Notes: generated by a model from the letters alone, not told the origin. DNA of 64,000 nt from Candidatus Dormiibacterota bacterium (GCA_963718525.1 OY970355.1:1472001-1536000); one strand, 5' to 3'. Positions 9,511-19,716 are shown, numbered from the stretch's first letter. Translations and numbers: made by a program.

Positions 9511-12192
9511 TCAGCGGTCGCGCGGGTCCGCGAGCTCGGTCTCGAGCCCGTAGTGCTCGATGGCGGCGGCGACGACATGACGAGGGAGCTTCTCCTGCTG
9601 CGCGAGTCCGTCCAGCACGGCGACTGAGATCGATTCTGCGTCGACCTCGAAGTGCCGGCGCAGCGCAGCTCGCGTGTCGCTGCGGCCGTATCCATCGGTG
9701 CCGAGCGGGATGAACGGGACAGTGACGAATCGACCGATCTGATCGGGCACCGCCTTCATGTAGTCGGTCACCGCAACGATCGGCCCGCCGTCACCACCCA
9801 ACTGCTCATCGATGTACGCGACGCGCGGTTCAGCGTCCGGATGGAGCCGGTTCCAGCGCTCGACCTCGAGCGCGTCCTGGCGCAGCAGCTGGAAGCTCGT
9901 GGCGCTCCAGACCTCGGCGGCGACGTCGTGCTGTTCGAGCAGCATGGCCTGCGCCTCGAGGGCGGCCTGCACTGCGGTGCCGCTGGCGAGAATGCGCGCT
10001 CGGTGGGTGCGCTCGCCCTCCGCGGGCCTGTAGCGGTACAGACCCCGAAGGATGCCGTCGTCGCTGCCGTCCGGCATCGGCGGCATGGGGTAGTTCTCGT
10101 TGTACAGCGTGATGTAGTAGAAGATGTCCTCGCCGTCGACGTACATCCGGCGCATGCCGTCGCGAATGACTGTCGCAAGCTCGAACGCGAAGGCGGGATC
10201 GTAGATGCGCACGTTCGGGATCGCGCTGAAGAGCAGCGGCGAATGCCCGTCCTCGTGTTGCAGACCCTCGCCGTTCAGCGTGGTGCGTCCGGCGGTGCCG
10301 CCGAGCATGAAGCCGCGACCGCGTGAGTCGCCGAACGCCCAGATGAGGTCGCCGACACGCTGATACCCGAACATCGAGTAGTAGATGTAGAACGGAATCA
10401 CGGCCTGGCCGTGGGTGGCATACGCAGTCCCCGCCGCTGTGAAGCTGCCCATCGAGCCGGCTTCGGTGATGCCCTCCTCGAGGATCTGCCCGTCGACCGC
10501 TTCACGATAGGACAGCACCATGCCCGCATCCACGGGTTCGTACGTCTGGCCGAATGGCGCGTAGATCTTCACCTCGCTGAAGAGCGCATCCATGCCGAAG
10601 GTGCGCGCCTCATCCGGGATGATCGGCACGACTCGGTTGCCGATGCCCGGATCGCGGAGCAGGTTGCGCAGCAGACCGGCGAACACCATCGTCGTCGACG
10701 CCGCGCGTGTGCCACTCCCGGAGAGGAACTCCGCGTAGGGCGCGTCACCGGGCAGCTCGAGCGGCTTGGACCGCACCACCCTGCGCGGGAGCATCCCACC
10801 GAGCGCGCGCCGGCGCATGAGCAGGTACTCGACCTCGTCGGAATTCGCACCCGGATGGTAGTAGGGGGGCTTGGCGTCGGCGAGTCGCTTGTCGGTGATG
10901 GGCAGCTCGAGCAGATCGCGAAACGCGCGCAGCTCGGCTTCGCCGATCTTCTTGATCTGGTGGGTCGAGTTGCGCGCCTCGAAACCGGTGCCGAGCGTCC
11001 ATCCCTTGACGGTGTGGGCGAGGATCACCGTCGGCGCTCCGTGCTGTTCGAGTGCCAGCTTGTAGGCCGAATACACCTTGCGATAGTCGTGACCGCCGCG
11101 GCGCAGGTGGCGAAGGTCGTCGTCGGACAGATGCTCGACCATCTTGCGCAGACGCGGATCCGGGCCGAAGAAATGCTCGCGGATGTATGCGCCGCTCTCG
11201 GTCGCGTACTTCTGGAACTCTCCATCCGGGACTCGATTCATCTGATCCACGAGCACGCCGTGCACGTCGCGTGCGAGCAGCTCGTCCCACTCGCGGGCCC
11301 AGATCACCTTGATGACGTTCCAGCCGGCGCCGCGGAAGATTCCCTCCAGCTCCTGGATGACCTTGCCGTTGCCGCGCACCGGCCCATCGAGACGTTGCAG
11401 GTTGCAGTTGACGACGAATGTCAGGTTGTCGAGCTGCTCGCGCGCGGCCAGAGACAGCGCGCCGAGCGTCTCCGGCTCGTCGCATTCGCCGTCACCAAGG
11501 AAGCACCACACGCGGCTCTCGCTCGTGTCCGCGATGTGCCGGTTGTACAGGTAGCGGTTGAAACGCGCCTGGTAGATGGCGTTGAGCGGCCCGAGGCCCA
11601 TGGACACCGTCGGAAACTCCCAGAAGTCGGGCATCAGACGCGGATGCGGATACGAGCTGAGCCCGTTGCCTCCCGTCTCCTGACGGAAGTTGTCCATCTG
11701 CGCTTCGGTGATCCGGCCCTCGAGGTACGCGTGCGAGTACATGCCCGGCGCCGCGTGCCCCTGGTAGTAGATCTGGTCGCCGGAGGTGCCGTCGTCCTTG
11801 CCACGGAAGAAGTGGTTGAACCCGACCTCGTAGAGCGACGCCGCCGACGCGTACGTGGAGAGATGCCCACCGATACCGTCGCTTCGCTTGTTCGCCCTGG
11901 TGACCATGGCCGCGGCGTTCCAGCGAACGATGCGGCGGATGCGCCGCTCCATCTCCTCGTCACCGGGAAACCAGGGCTCCTCGTCGGGCGGAATCGTGTT
12001 GATGTACGGCGTCGAGACGAGCGATGGCACGGGCACCTGCAGGCGGCGCGCGCGCTCGAGGAGCTTGCCGATCACAAAGCGCGCCCGAACCGTGCCCTCG
12101 GAAGCGACCAGCGCATCAAGGGACTCCAGCCACTCGGCGGTCTCCGCGGCGTCCGCGTCGGGAAGCTGGTGAAGGAAGGCGTCGAACGTCAT
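9511..12192 (-). CDS. aceE: Pyruvate dehydrogenase E1, homodimeric type
   Basis: 893 aa; ETAEWLESL, GGHLSTYAS, SYPHP, GDGECDE (TPP motif), GTDGYGRSD. Confidence 0.96.
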   Translation of the reverse strand: MTFDAFLHQLPDADAAETAEWLESLDALVASEGTVRARFVIGKLLERARRLQVPVPSLVSTPYINTIPPDEEPWFPGDEEMERRIRRIVRWNAAAMVTRANKRSDGIGGHLSTYASAASLYEVGFNHFFRGKDDGTSGDQIYYQGHAAPGMYSHAYLEGRITEAQMDNFRQETGGNGLSSYPHPRLMPDFWEFPTVSMGLGPLNAIYQARFNRYLYNRHIADTSESRVWCFLGDGECDEPETLGALSLAAREQLDNLTFVVNCNLQRLDGPVRGNGKVIQELEGIFRGAGWNVIKVIWAREWDELLARDVHGVLVDQMNRVPDGEFQKYATESGAYIREHFFGPDPRLRKMVEHLSDDDLRHLRRGGHDYRKVYSAYKLALEQHGAPTVILAHTVKGWTLGTGFEARNSTHQIKKIGEAELRAFRDLLELPITDKRLADAKPPYYHPGANSDEVEYLLMRRRALGGMLPRRVVRSKPLELPGDAPYAEFLSGSGTRAASTTMVFAGLLRNLLRDPGIGNRVVPIIPDEARTFGMDALFSEVKIYAPFGQTYEPVDAGMVLSYREAVDGQILEEGITEAGSMGSFTAAGTAYATHGQAVIPFYIYYSMFGYQRVGDLIWAFGDSRGRGFMLGGTAGRTTLNGEGLQHEDGHSPLLFSAIPNVRIYDPAFAFELATVIRDGMRRMYVDGEDIFYYITLYNENYPMPPMPDGSDDGILRGLYRYRPAEGERTHRARILASGTAVQAALEAQAMLLEQHDVAAEVWSATSFQLLRQDALEVERWNRLHPDAEPRVAYIDEQLGGDGGPIVAVTDYMKAVPDQIGRFVTVPFIPLGTDGYGRSDTRAALRRHFEVDAESISVAVLDGLAQQEKLPRHVVAAAIEHYGLETELADPRDR

Positions 12193-12263
12193 TCGAAGCG
12201 AGGATATACACCCGGGAGCCGGAAACCGCCTGCGTTACCGATTGCGGTCTTTGCACCAACCTG

Positions 12264-12272
12264 TGGTACTGT
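12264..12272 (+). promoter_or_regulatory. Candidate extended -10 promoter (TGnTACTGT) for the helicase
   Basis: TGGTACTGT about 150 nt upstream of the helicase start, followed by a hairpin-rich leader. Confidence 0.35.
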
Positions 12273-12420
12273 CTTGGCAAGTGCTCGCGTATCGGCGAGC
12301 CATGCCTCTTGGTGAACCCTCTCTCCGCCGGTCATCGGCGGGTCTCAAGAATCCGGCACACGACAGTCCAGCGAGGGGATTCTGGGATAACGGGGATGGC
12401 CCGGGTCCCGAGGTACCACG

Positions 12421-13674
12421 GTGACAACGTTTGAATCCATCGGCGTGCGTCCGCGCACGTCCGCCGCTCTCCGCGAGAACGGTTTCACAGAGGCCAACAC
12501 CGTCCAGCAGGAGGCGATCCCGCCGCTGCTCGCGCGTCACGACTGCGTGATCGAGGCGCCGACCGGGTCGGGGAAGACGCTCGCATACGTCGTGCCCATG
12601 GTCGAGCGGCTCGCCGGGCACCAGGGTCACGGCGCCAGGGCGCTGATCGTGACCCCGACGCGTGAGCTCGCAACCCAGGTGAACGCGGTGATCCGCAAGG
12701 TCGACCCTGCGCTGCGCACGGTGATCTGCATCGGCGGGGTCGGCTATGGTCCGCAAACCGGCGGTCTGCGCAATGCCCCGGACGTGATCGTCGGCTGCCC
12801 GGGACGGCTTCTCGACCTCGCAAGCAACGGCCTCGCACGCCTCCGGGACATCGAATACCTCGTCCTCGACGAGGCCGACGAGATGCTCGACCAGGGTTTC
12901 GCCAAGGATGTCGAGAAGATCATCTCGATGTGCCCCAACTTCAGCAGCAGCGCTCGGCGCCAGACGGTGCTCGCCTCGGCGACGATGCCCGACTGGGTGC
13001 AGCGCATGATCACCAAGCACCTGTACGAACCGGCGCGCGTGCGGGTCGTGAACGAACAGGTGCCCGCGCTCGAGCACGGCGTCATGAACGTCGTCAAGTC
13101 GCAGAAGATCGACGCGCTGTCCAGGCTGCTGCGCCGGCAGCGGACCACCGAGCTCAACCAGACCATCGTCTTCCACCGCACCAAGCACGGTGCCAAGAAG
13201 CTCGTTCGCGATCTACTTCGCATGGGCCACGCTGCCGGTGAGCTCCAGGGCAACCTGTCGCAGAATGCGCGTGACCGCGCACTTGATTCGTTTCGTGCGA
13301 ATCGCACCGAGGTCCTCGTCGCCACCAACGTCGCGGCCCGTGGGATCGACGTTGTCAACGTTGGCCTGGTGATCAACTTCGAGCTTCCGGAGACTCCTCA
13401 GTGGCTCACCCACCGGGTCGGGCGCACCGCGCGCAACGGCAACGAGGGCAAGGCGATCACGTTTCTCAGCGAGGATGACGGCGAACAGTGGCGCAAGCTG
13501 CGCCGTCTCGGGGCTCCGGCGCTGCCGGAGATCGACGGGACGCTGCTGCTCACCACCGGCGAATGGAAGCTCGGCGCTCCGCCGCGCGAGACTACGCCAG
13601 CGCCTGCTCCAGGTCGGCCACTAAGTCGTCGACGTCCTCAATACCGACGGACAGGCGCAGCAGCCCGTCGCTGA
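12421..13674 (+). CDS. DEAD-box RNA helicase
   Basis: Motifs APTGSGKT, PTRELA, DEAD, SAT, ARGID, HRVGRTAR. Confidence 0.93.
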   Translation: MTTFESIGVRPRTSAALRENGFTEANTVQQEAIPPLLARHDCVIEAPTGSGKTLAYVVPMVERLAGHQGHGARALIVTPTRELATQVNAVIRKVDPALRTVICIGGVGYGPQTGGLRNAPDVIVGCPGRLLDLASNGLARLRDIEYLVLDEADEMLDQGFAKDVEKIISMCPNFSSSARRQTVLASATMPDWVQRMITKHLYEPARVRVVNEQVPALEHGVMNVVKSQKIDALSRLLRRQRTTELNQTIVFHRTKHGAKKLVRDLLRMGHAAGELQGNLSQNARDRALDSFRANRTEVLVATNVAARGIDVVNVGLVINFELPETPQWLTHRVGRTARNGNEGKAITFLSEDDGEQWRKLRRLGAPALPEIDGTLLLTTGEWKLGAPPRETTPAPAPGRPLSRRRPQYRRTGAAARR

Positions 13675-14743
13675 CGCCGACCCGCCTCCGGGTCTCCTCG
13701 GGTACCGACGCGTGGGTCATCAACGCCGGGCTTTCGGCGAGGGACTCCACGGCGCCGAGTGATTCCGCGAGCGTGAACACGCGAAGTCGCTCGAGAAACG
13801 AGCGCGCTGCGTCTCCCGAGGACACCGCGAATGACACCACGCCGCCGAAGTACCCGCCCATCTGGCGCCGGGCGAGGGCGTGGCCGGGGTTGCTCTCGAG
13901 TCCGGGGTAGTACACCTGGACCACGGCGTCCTGACCCTCGAGCCAACGAGCGATGGTCAAGGCGCTCTCGCACTGACGTAGCACCCGGAGTTGGAGCGTT
14001 TTCAGCCCGCGGAGCAGCAACCAGCAGTCGAATGGGGAGGGAACCGCGCCGACGGCGTTCTGGTGGAAGCGCAATCGCTCCGCAAGGGCATCGTCCGATG
14101 TGAGCACCGCTCCGCCGAGGACATCACTGTGGCCGCCGAGAAATTTCGTCGAGCTGTGGATGACCAGGTCGGCGCCGAGCTCGATCGGCCGTTGCAACAC
14201 CGGGCTCGCGAAAGTGCTGTCGACTGCGACCAGCGCGCCCGCACCGTGAACAAGCTCGCTCACAGCGTCGAGGTCGACGACGCGCAGCAGGGGATTGGTC
14301 GGTGACTCGAGCCACACCAGGCGAGTGCGCTCGGTCATCGCCGCGACCACGGCATCCGGGTCGGTGGGATCCACTGCCGTGAAGGTCAGGCCGTAGCGCC
14401 GTAAGACCTTGTCGAACAGACGGAACGTGCCGCCGTAGACGTCCTCCGTGAAGACGACATGATCGCCGGGATCCAGCAGCAGCATCACGTTCGCGGTGGC
14501 GGCGAGGCCGGAGGAGAAGGCGAGACCGTGCCCGGCATTCTCGAGCGACGCCAGACACTCCTCGAGGTTTGCGCGCGTTGGATTGCCGGAGCGGGAGTAC
14601 TCGAATCCCCGATGCCGGCCCGGGGATTCCTGCGCGAAGGTCGTCGCGAGGTGAATTGGGACGACCACCGCGCCGGTGGCCGGATCCGGTCCCTGCCCGA
14701 CGTGCAGGGCGCGCGTGGCCAGACCGTGCGGCTTGTGCTGCAC
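13592..14743 (-). CDS. Cystathionine gamma-lyase/synthase (Cys/Met metabolism PLP enzyme)
   Basis: YSRSGNPT, ESPTNP, HSSTKFLGGHSD, LAESLG, RLSVGIE; lies downstream of cbs. Confidence 0.92.
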   Translation of the reverse strand: MQHKPHGLATRALHVGQGPDPATGAVVVPIHLATTFAQESPGRHRGFEYSRSGNPTRANLEECLASLENAGHGLAFSSGLAATANVMLLLDPGDHVVFTEDVYGGTFRLFDKVLRRYGLTFTAVDPTDPDAVVAAMTERTRLVWLESPTNPLLRVVDLDAVSELVHGAGALVAVDSTFASPVLQRPIELGADLVIHSSTKFLGGHSDVLGGAVLTSDDALAERLRFHQNAVGAVPSPFDCWLLLRGLKTLQLRVLRQCESALTIARWLEGQDAVVQVYYPGLESNPGHALARRQMGGYFGGVVSFAVSSGDAARSFLERLRVFTLAESLGAVESLAESPALMTHASVPEETRRRVGVSDGLLRLSVGIEDVDDLVADLEQALA

Positions 14744-14746
14744 CTG

Positions 14747-16117
14747 TCAGCTGCGTCCGCGGCGGGCGACGAACTCGAGCAGGTCGCTCCGCGTGATCAC
14801 CCCAACGGGGACGTCGCCTTCGACGATCATCAGTGCCGGCTCGCCGCCCAACAGCGCCTCGAAGGCTTCCTCGATCGGCGCACCGGCGGCGACGCGGGCG
14901 AACGGTGGGTCCATCGCCGTCGACACCGACGTGGTGACCATGGTGGGGTCGCGGTAGATTCGGTCCAGCAGGGTTCGTTCCTGGATGCTGCCAACCACGC
15001 CACCACCCGAGGTGCTCCCGTTCTCTGTGACGAGCAGCTGCGAGATCCCGTACTGCTGCATGAGGTCGATCGCTTCTCCAACCGATTTGCCCGCACCGAC
15101 GCTGACGAGCTCCGGCACCCCGTCACTGTGTGAGTCGATGACCTCGCGTACGCGCGCAGGCACGAGCCGCTGCAGGTAGCCGTTCTGGCGCATCCACTCG
15201 TCGCTGAAGAACTTGCTCAGGTAGTTGCGCCCGGTATCCGGGAGGAGGACCACGATGACGTCGTCCGGCTTGGAGTCGACGGCGACCTGGATCGCCGCGT
15301 GCAGTGCGAGGCCGGCCGACCCGCCGACGAGGATCCCCTCCTGGCGTGCGAGCTTACGGGCGGCCACGAAGCTCTCGCGGTCGGTGACCTGGATGAACTC
15401 GTCGACAACGTCTCGATCAAAGGTCCCGGGCCAGAAGTCCTCGCCGACGCCTTCGACCTTGTACGGGGCGATCTCGCCGCTGTAGATCGAGCCCTCCGGG
15501 TCGGCGCCGATCACCCGGACGGCCGGGTTCTGCTCCTTGAGGTATTTGCCGGCGCCGCTGATGGTGCCGCCCGTCCCGACACCGGCGACGAACGCCGTGA
15601 TGCGGCCGTCGGTCTGACGCCAGATCTCGGGGCCCGTGGTGCGGTAATGCGCTTCGGGGTTGCGCGTGTTGAAGTACTGGTTGGGTTGATAGGCGCCCGG
15701 CACCTCACGGGTCAGCCGGTCCGCGACCGAGTAGTACGACTGCGGCGAGTCGCGCTCGACGTTGGTGGGGCAGATCACCACCTCGGCGCCGTACGCGCGC
15801 AGCAGGCTGATCTTCTCCGCCGACATCTTGTCGGGCATGACGAAGATCATCTTGTAGCCCTTGATCGCCGCGGCCATCGCAAGCCCGTGTCCGGTATTGC
15901 CGGAGGTGGGCTCGACGACGGTGCCTCCCGGGCGCAGCAGTCCACGGCGCTCCGCGTCCTCGAGCATCGAGAGCCCGATGCGGTCCTTGACGCTGCCGCC
16001 AGGGTTGAGCTGTTCGAGCTTGGCCAGGATCAGAGGCCGGAGCCCCTCGGTGACCTTGCTCAGCCGGACCAACGGGGTGTTGCCGACCAGGTCGAGGATG
16101 CTCTCGACGTACTCCAC
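14747..16117 (-). CDS. cbs: Cystathionine beta-synthase with C-terminal CBS domains
   Basis: NPGGSVKDR, TSGNTG, GTGGT, plus a C-terminal CBS pair. Confidence 0.92.
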   Translation of the reverse strand: MEYVESILDLVGNTPLVRLSKVTEGLRPLILAKLEQLNPGGSVKDRIGLSMLEDAERRGLLRPGGTVVEPTSGNTGHGLAMAAAIKGYKMIFVMPDKMSAEKISLLRAYGAEVVICPTNVERDSPQSYYSVADRLTREVPGAYQPNQYFNTRNPEAHYRTTGPEIWRQTDGRITAFVAGVGTGGTISGAGKYLKEQNPAVRVIGADPEGSIYSGEIAPYKVEGVGEDFWPGTFDRDVVDEFIQVTDRESFVAARKLARQEGILVGGSAGLALHAAIQVAVDSKPDDVIVVLLPDTGRNYLSKFFSDEWMRQNGYLQRLVPARVREVIDSHSDGVPELVSVGAGKSVGEAIDLMQQYGISQLLVTENGSTSGGGVVGSIQERTLLDRIYRDPTMVTTSVSTAMDPPFARVAAGAPIEEAFEALLGGEPALMIVEGDVPVGVITRSDLLEFVARRGRS

Positions 16118-16204
16118 TGCCCGGCCATTCTAGTGCCAGGCGGCGGTGGTCCCCGTGACCTAATTCCACTCCACCGCGCTTTTGTCGCGGCATACTGAGA
16201 ACGA

Positions 16205-17536
16205 ATGGAGCAGGCTGGAAGCCACGACCTTGTCGGGGCGCGCGCAGACATTCCCGGCTACACACTGGATCGCGGGATCAGCGTCGACCGGGCCGGTGCG
16301 CTTCTCGACGGCCACGACAGCGCGACCGGATCGCGCGTGCTCATCCGGCTGCTCAGCCCTGCGCTGTCCACCGATGCCGCCTTCCGACGTCAGATCCGCC
16401 ACGACATGGCGATCCTCGGCGCGTTGCGGCACCAGCACCTCCTCTCGGTCATGGCGTTCGACGACAAACATGCCGCGATCGTCTACGAGTGGGTGGACGG
16501 AATCACGCTGCGTCACCTGATCGATGTCTCCGGGCGCCTGACGGCGGGCGCGGCGCTGGCCGTCTTCGATGATTCGCTGGCCGCCCTCGAGGCGCTCCAC
16601 GGCGCCGGGATCATCCATTGCGACGTGACGCCGGGCGCGGTCCTGCTCGACACCGACGGCACCGCGATCCTTCGTGACGCGGGTGTTCCGGCGCCGCCGC
16701 TTCGCCGCGGCTGGCGCGCCGGAACGCCCCAGTACATGGCGCCCGAGCTATGGGCCGGAAGACCGCACACGGTGGCAACCGATATCTATGCGGCGACGGG
16801 CGTGCTGGTCGATGCGCTCACCGCGCGTCCCCCGTACCTCGGCACTGATCTCACCGGGCTCGGTGTCCAGCACACCCAGGGAGCGCTGCCCAGTGAGGCG
16901 GTCCCGATGGTCGCGAGGGAGCTGGTGATTCGCGGCCTCGCGAAGGATCCCCGCGACCGGCCGGCGAGCGCCGCGCTGTTCCGTCGTGACGTCGAGGTCG
17001 CTGGAGCGACGTTCCTTGGACCCGGCTGGCGGGAGCAGGGACGTTCGTGGCTGGCGATTGTCGTCGCCGACCGTCTTGCCGACCCTGCCCCCAAATCTCC
17101 GCCGGTCGAATTCATCGACGATGACGACGACACGCTGGTGCCAGGGCTCGCGATGGGCACCGCGGCGGACGCTTCGCGTGCCGCCGGTGTCGGCTGGAAG
17201 GTGTGGTCGGTCGCGGCTGCAGCGGTGATCGCGCTGATCGTGATGGTGATCTTTGCAGCACAGGCGCTCGGGGGTCCCGGAGTTCAGGTCTCGCCGACCC
17301 CGCCACCGGGGCCGATCTTCACGGGACCGTCGAGCGCGCCGACCGACGCCGCCGTGCCGACCAGCATCGACACCGCGGGCGCGCCCTCGGCAACGCCGAC
17401 GGCGCCTCCGTCGGCCACGCCGACAGCGACGCTCGCGCCGAGCACGGTGCCGATCACCATCATCGCGCCCACGCCAACGCCCACCACGACGGCAACTCCG
17501 AGCCCGACGCCGTCATCCAAGCCGACGCCGAAGTGA
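16205..17536 (+). CDS. Hanks-type Ser/Thr kinase-like membrane protein with degenerate catalytic motifs
   Basis: GTPQYMAPE, DIYA and KDP.DRP retained; HCD, DAG and VLIR replace HRD, DFG and VAIK; one TM helix and a Pro/Thr-rich tail. Confidence 0.85.
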   Translation: MEQAGSHDLVGARADIPGYTLDRGISVDRAGALLDGHDSATGSRVLIRLLSPALSTDAAFRRQIRHDMAILGALRHQHLLSVMAFDDKHAAIVYEWVDGITLRHLIDVSGRLTAGAALAVFDDSLAALEALHGAGIIHCDVTPGAVLLDTDGTAILRDAGVPAPPLRRGWRAGTPQYMAPELWAGRPHTVATDIYAATGVLVDALTARPPYLGTDLTGLGVQHTQGALPSEAVPMVARELVIRGLAKDPRDRPASAALFRRDVEVAGATFLGPGWREQGRSWLAIVVADRLADPAPKSPPVEFIDDDDDTLVPGLAMGTAADASRAAGVGWKVWSVAAAAVIALIVMVIFAAQALGGPGVQVSPTPPPGPIFTGPSSAPTDAAVPTSIDTAGAPSATPTAPPSATPTATLAPSTVPITIIAPTPTPTTTATPSPTPSSKPTPK

Positions 17537-17547
17537 ACGCGGCACCG

Positions 17548-19716
17548 TCAGGGCGCCGGGATGACGTTGTAGACGTCCCTCGCGTAGTCGAGCATCATCC
17601 TCGCGGCTGAGAAACGCGGGCCATTGGTGCGCAGCGATGCACGCATCCGCTGCACCCAGCCGCGGGGAATGCCGTGCTCATCGCGCTGATAGAAGAGTGG
17701 CACGACCTCGTGCTCGATGATGTCGAAGAGGGTTGCCGCGTCGCGTGAGTCCTGCATGCCGTGGTCGAAGAGGATGTCGCCGGGGATGGCCCATCCGTTG
17801 GTCCCGTTGTAGGCCTCCGCCCACCATCCGTCGAGCACCGAGAGGTTGAGCCCTCCGTTCAGCGCCGATTTCATCCCGCTGGTGCCGCTCGCCTCGAGCG
17901 GTGGCCGTGGGACGTTGATCCACACGTCACAGCCGGCCACCATGTGCTCGGCCGTCGCGAGGCTGTAGTTGTCGAGGAACGAGACCCGGCTCATCGCCGC
18001 GGGCTCGCGCTCGAAGGTGAAGAGTCCCTGCGCTGCGTGCTTGGCCTCCTCGTCCTGCGGGTGCGCCTTGCCGGCGAAGACCATCTGCGCGGGGCGATCC
18101 TTGTTGTCGAGCACGCTGGCGGCACGCGCCGGGTCGAGCGTCAGCAGCTGGATGCGCTTGTACCCCGCGAGACGGCGTGCGAATCCGAAGGTGAGCGCGT
18201 GCTCGTCGAAACCGTTCTCGGCGGCCTCGACATACCAGCGCGGCTCGTCGCGGGCGAGCCGGTTCGCAACACTGCGCTCGCGCACGTACTGCGCGAACTC
18301 GGCGCGCAACGCGTTGCGCAGCGCCCACAGCTCGGCGTCGGGTATGTCGTCCACCCCCCGCCACGTGTCCGGATCGGCGGCGCGCGCGTCCCAACCCGCA
18401 CCGAGGTAGCGATCGAGCAGCTCTCGCATCCGCGGCACCATCCAGGTCGGCACGTGCACGCCGTTGGTGACGTGTCCGATCGGCACCGTGTCGGCGGGTC
18501 GCTCGGGGAACAGCGACTGCCACATCTGCCGGGCGACCTCGCCGTGACGGCGGCTGACCCCGTTGCGCGAGCGGCTCATCTTGATGCCGAGCGGCGTCAT
18601 CACGAACTGCTCGTGGGGGTTGTCCGGCCGGGTGCGGCCGAGATGGAGGAAGCCCTCGAGGTCGAGCCCGGCCTGCTCGGGATAGTCGCCGAGCACCTCG
18701 ACAATCTCGCTGACGTCGTAGCCCTCATTGCCGGCGCTCACGGGAGTGTAAGTCGTGAAGACGGTTCGCTCGCGCGCGGCGGTGAAGGCCTCGTGGCGAG
18801 AGCGTCCGAGCGACATCTCCCGGCGTGCCATCTCCAGCGGCGCGAGCGCGGCGTGGCCCTCGTTGAGGTGCACGACGGAGGGATCCAGCCCCATTGCGTC
18901 GAGCGCCCGCATCGAGCCGATACCGAGGAGCGCGTACTGGGCGAGCCGCGTCGGCCGGTCGGCCACGTAGAGGCGGCTGGTGATCCACTGGTCGATGGCC
19001 GAGTTCTCCGGGCGCTGCGCGTCGAGCAGATAGAGGGGCGTGCGACCGACGTCGAGCCGCCACACCTGAACAACCACGTCACGACCGCGGAGCGGGACCG
19101 TGACGGTCAGCGGGATTCCGCCTTTATGGACAAGAGCGGCGGGAACTCGCTCCGGATCGACCTGGAGCCAGTATTCGAGCTGATATCCGGATCGGTCCAT
19201 GCGTTGCTGGAAATACCCCTGCCGGTAGAGGAGTCCGACACCGACCATCGGGAGCGCCATGTCGGACGCCTGCTTGAGGATGTCGCCTGCCAGCACGCCC
19301 AGGCCGCCCGCGTAGATGGGCAGGGATCGGTGCACCGCGAACTCGGCGCAGAGAAAGGCCACCGGGTGCAGCGGTGTCGCCCTCCCCTCGATGGGCGGAC
19401 GGCTCAACTCGTGGTCGAGCGCACCGACAAGGTCGTGGAGTCGATGGAGCATCGTCGCGTCACCCGCGACGCGCTCGAGGGTCGCCGACGAGGTCTCATC
19501 GAGGAGGCGGATGGGATTGTGGTTGCTCGTCTCCCAGCGCACGGGGTCGATCATCCGAAAGACGTCGTCGCCGCCATGCCACCACGACCACGCGTAGTTG
19601 TAGGCGAGCCGTGCGAGCGGCTCGAGTGGTGACGGCAGCCGCGCTGCGAGGTCCGACGCCGCGTGGTCGATATCCTCGCTGCCGTCCGCAAGCGTGGCGG
19701 TGGCGAGCTCGGTCAT
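17548..19716 (-). CDS. glgP: Alpha-glucan (glycogen) phosphorylase
   Basis: YAGGLGVLAGD, HLNEGH, TNGVH, GKAHP, EASGTSGMK (PLP Lys). Confidence 0.95.
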   Translation of the reverse strand: MTELATATLADGSEDIDHAASDLAARLPSPLEPLARLAYNYAWSWWHGGDDVFRMIDPVRWETSNHNPIRLLDETSSATLERVAGDATMLHRLHDLVGALDHELSRPPIEGRATPLHPVAFLCAEFAVHRSLPIYAGGLGVLAGDILKQASDMALPMVGVGLLYRQGYFQQRMDRSGYQLEYWLQVDPERVPAALVHKGGIPLTVTVPLRGRDVVVQVWRLDVGRTPLYLLDAQRPENSAIDQWITSRLYVADRPTRLAQYALLGIGSMRALDAMGLDPSVVHLNEGHAALAPLEMARREMSLGRSRHEAFTAARERTVFTTYTPVSAGNEGYDVSEIVEVLGDYPEQAGLDLEGFLHLGRTRPDNPHEQFVMTPLGIKMSRSRNGVSRRHGEVARQMWQSLFPERPADTVPIGHVTNGVHVPTWMVPRMRELLDRYLGAGWDARAADPDTWRGVDDIPDAELWALRNALRAEFAQYVRERSVANRLARDEPRWYVEAAENGFDEHALTFGFARRLAGYKRIQLLTLDPARAASVLDNKDRPAQMVFAGKAHPQDEEAKHAAQGLFTFEREPAAMSRVSFLDNYSLATAEHMVAGCDVWINVPRPPLEASGTSGMKSALNGGLNLSVLDGWWAEAYNGTNGWAIPGDILFDHGMQDSRDAATLFDIIEHEVVPLFYQRDEHGIPRGWVQRMRASLRTNGPRFSAARMMLDYARDVYNVIPAP

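Noticed and set aside
17280-17536. Repetitive CCGAC/ACGCC sequence, also at 8870-8940
   Set aside because: Encodes Pro/Thr/Ser-rich linkers; no fixed repeat-spacer structure, so not CRISPR.
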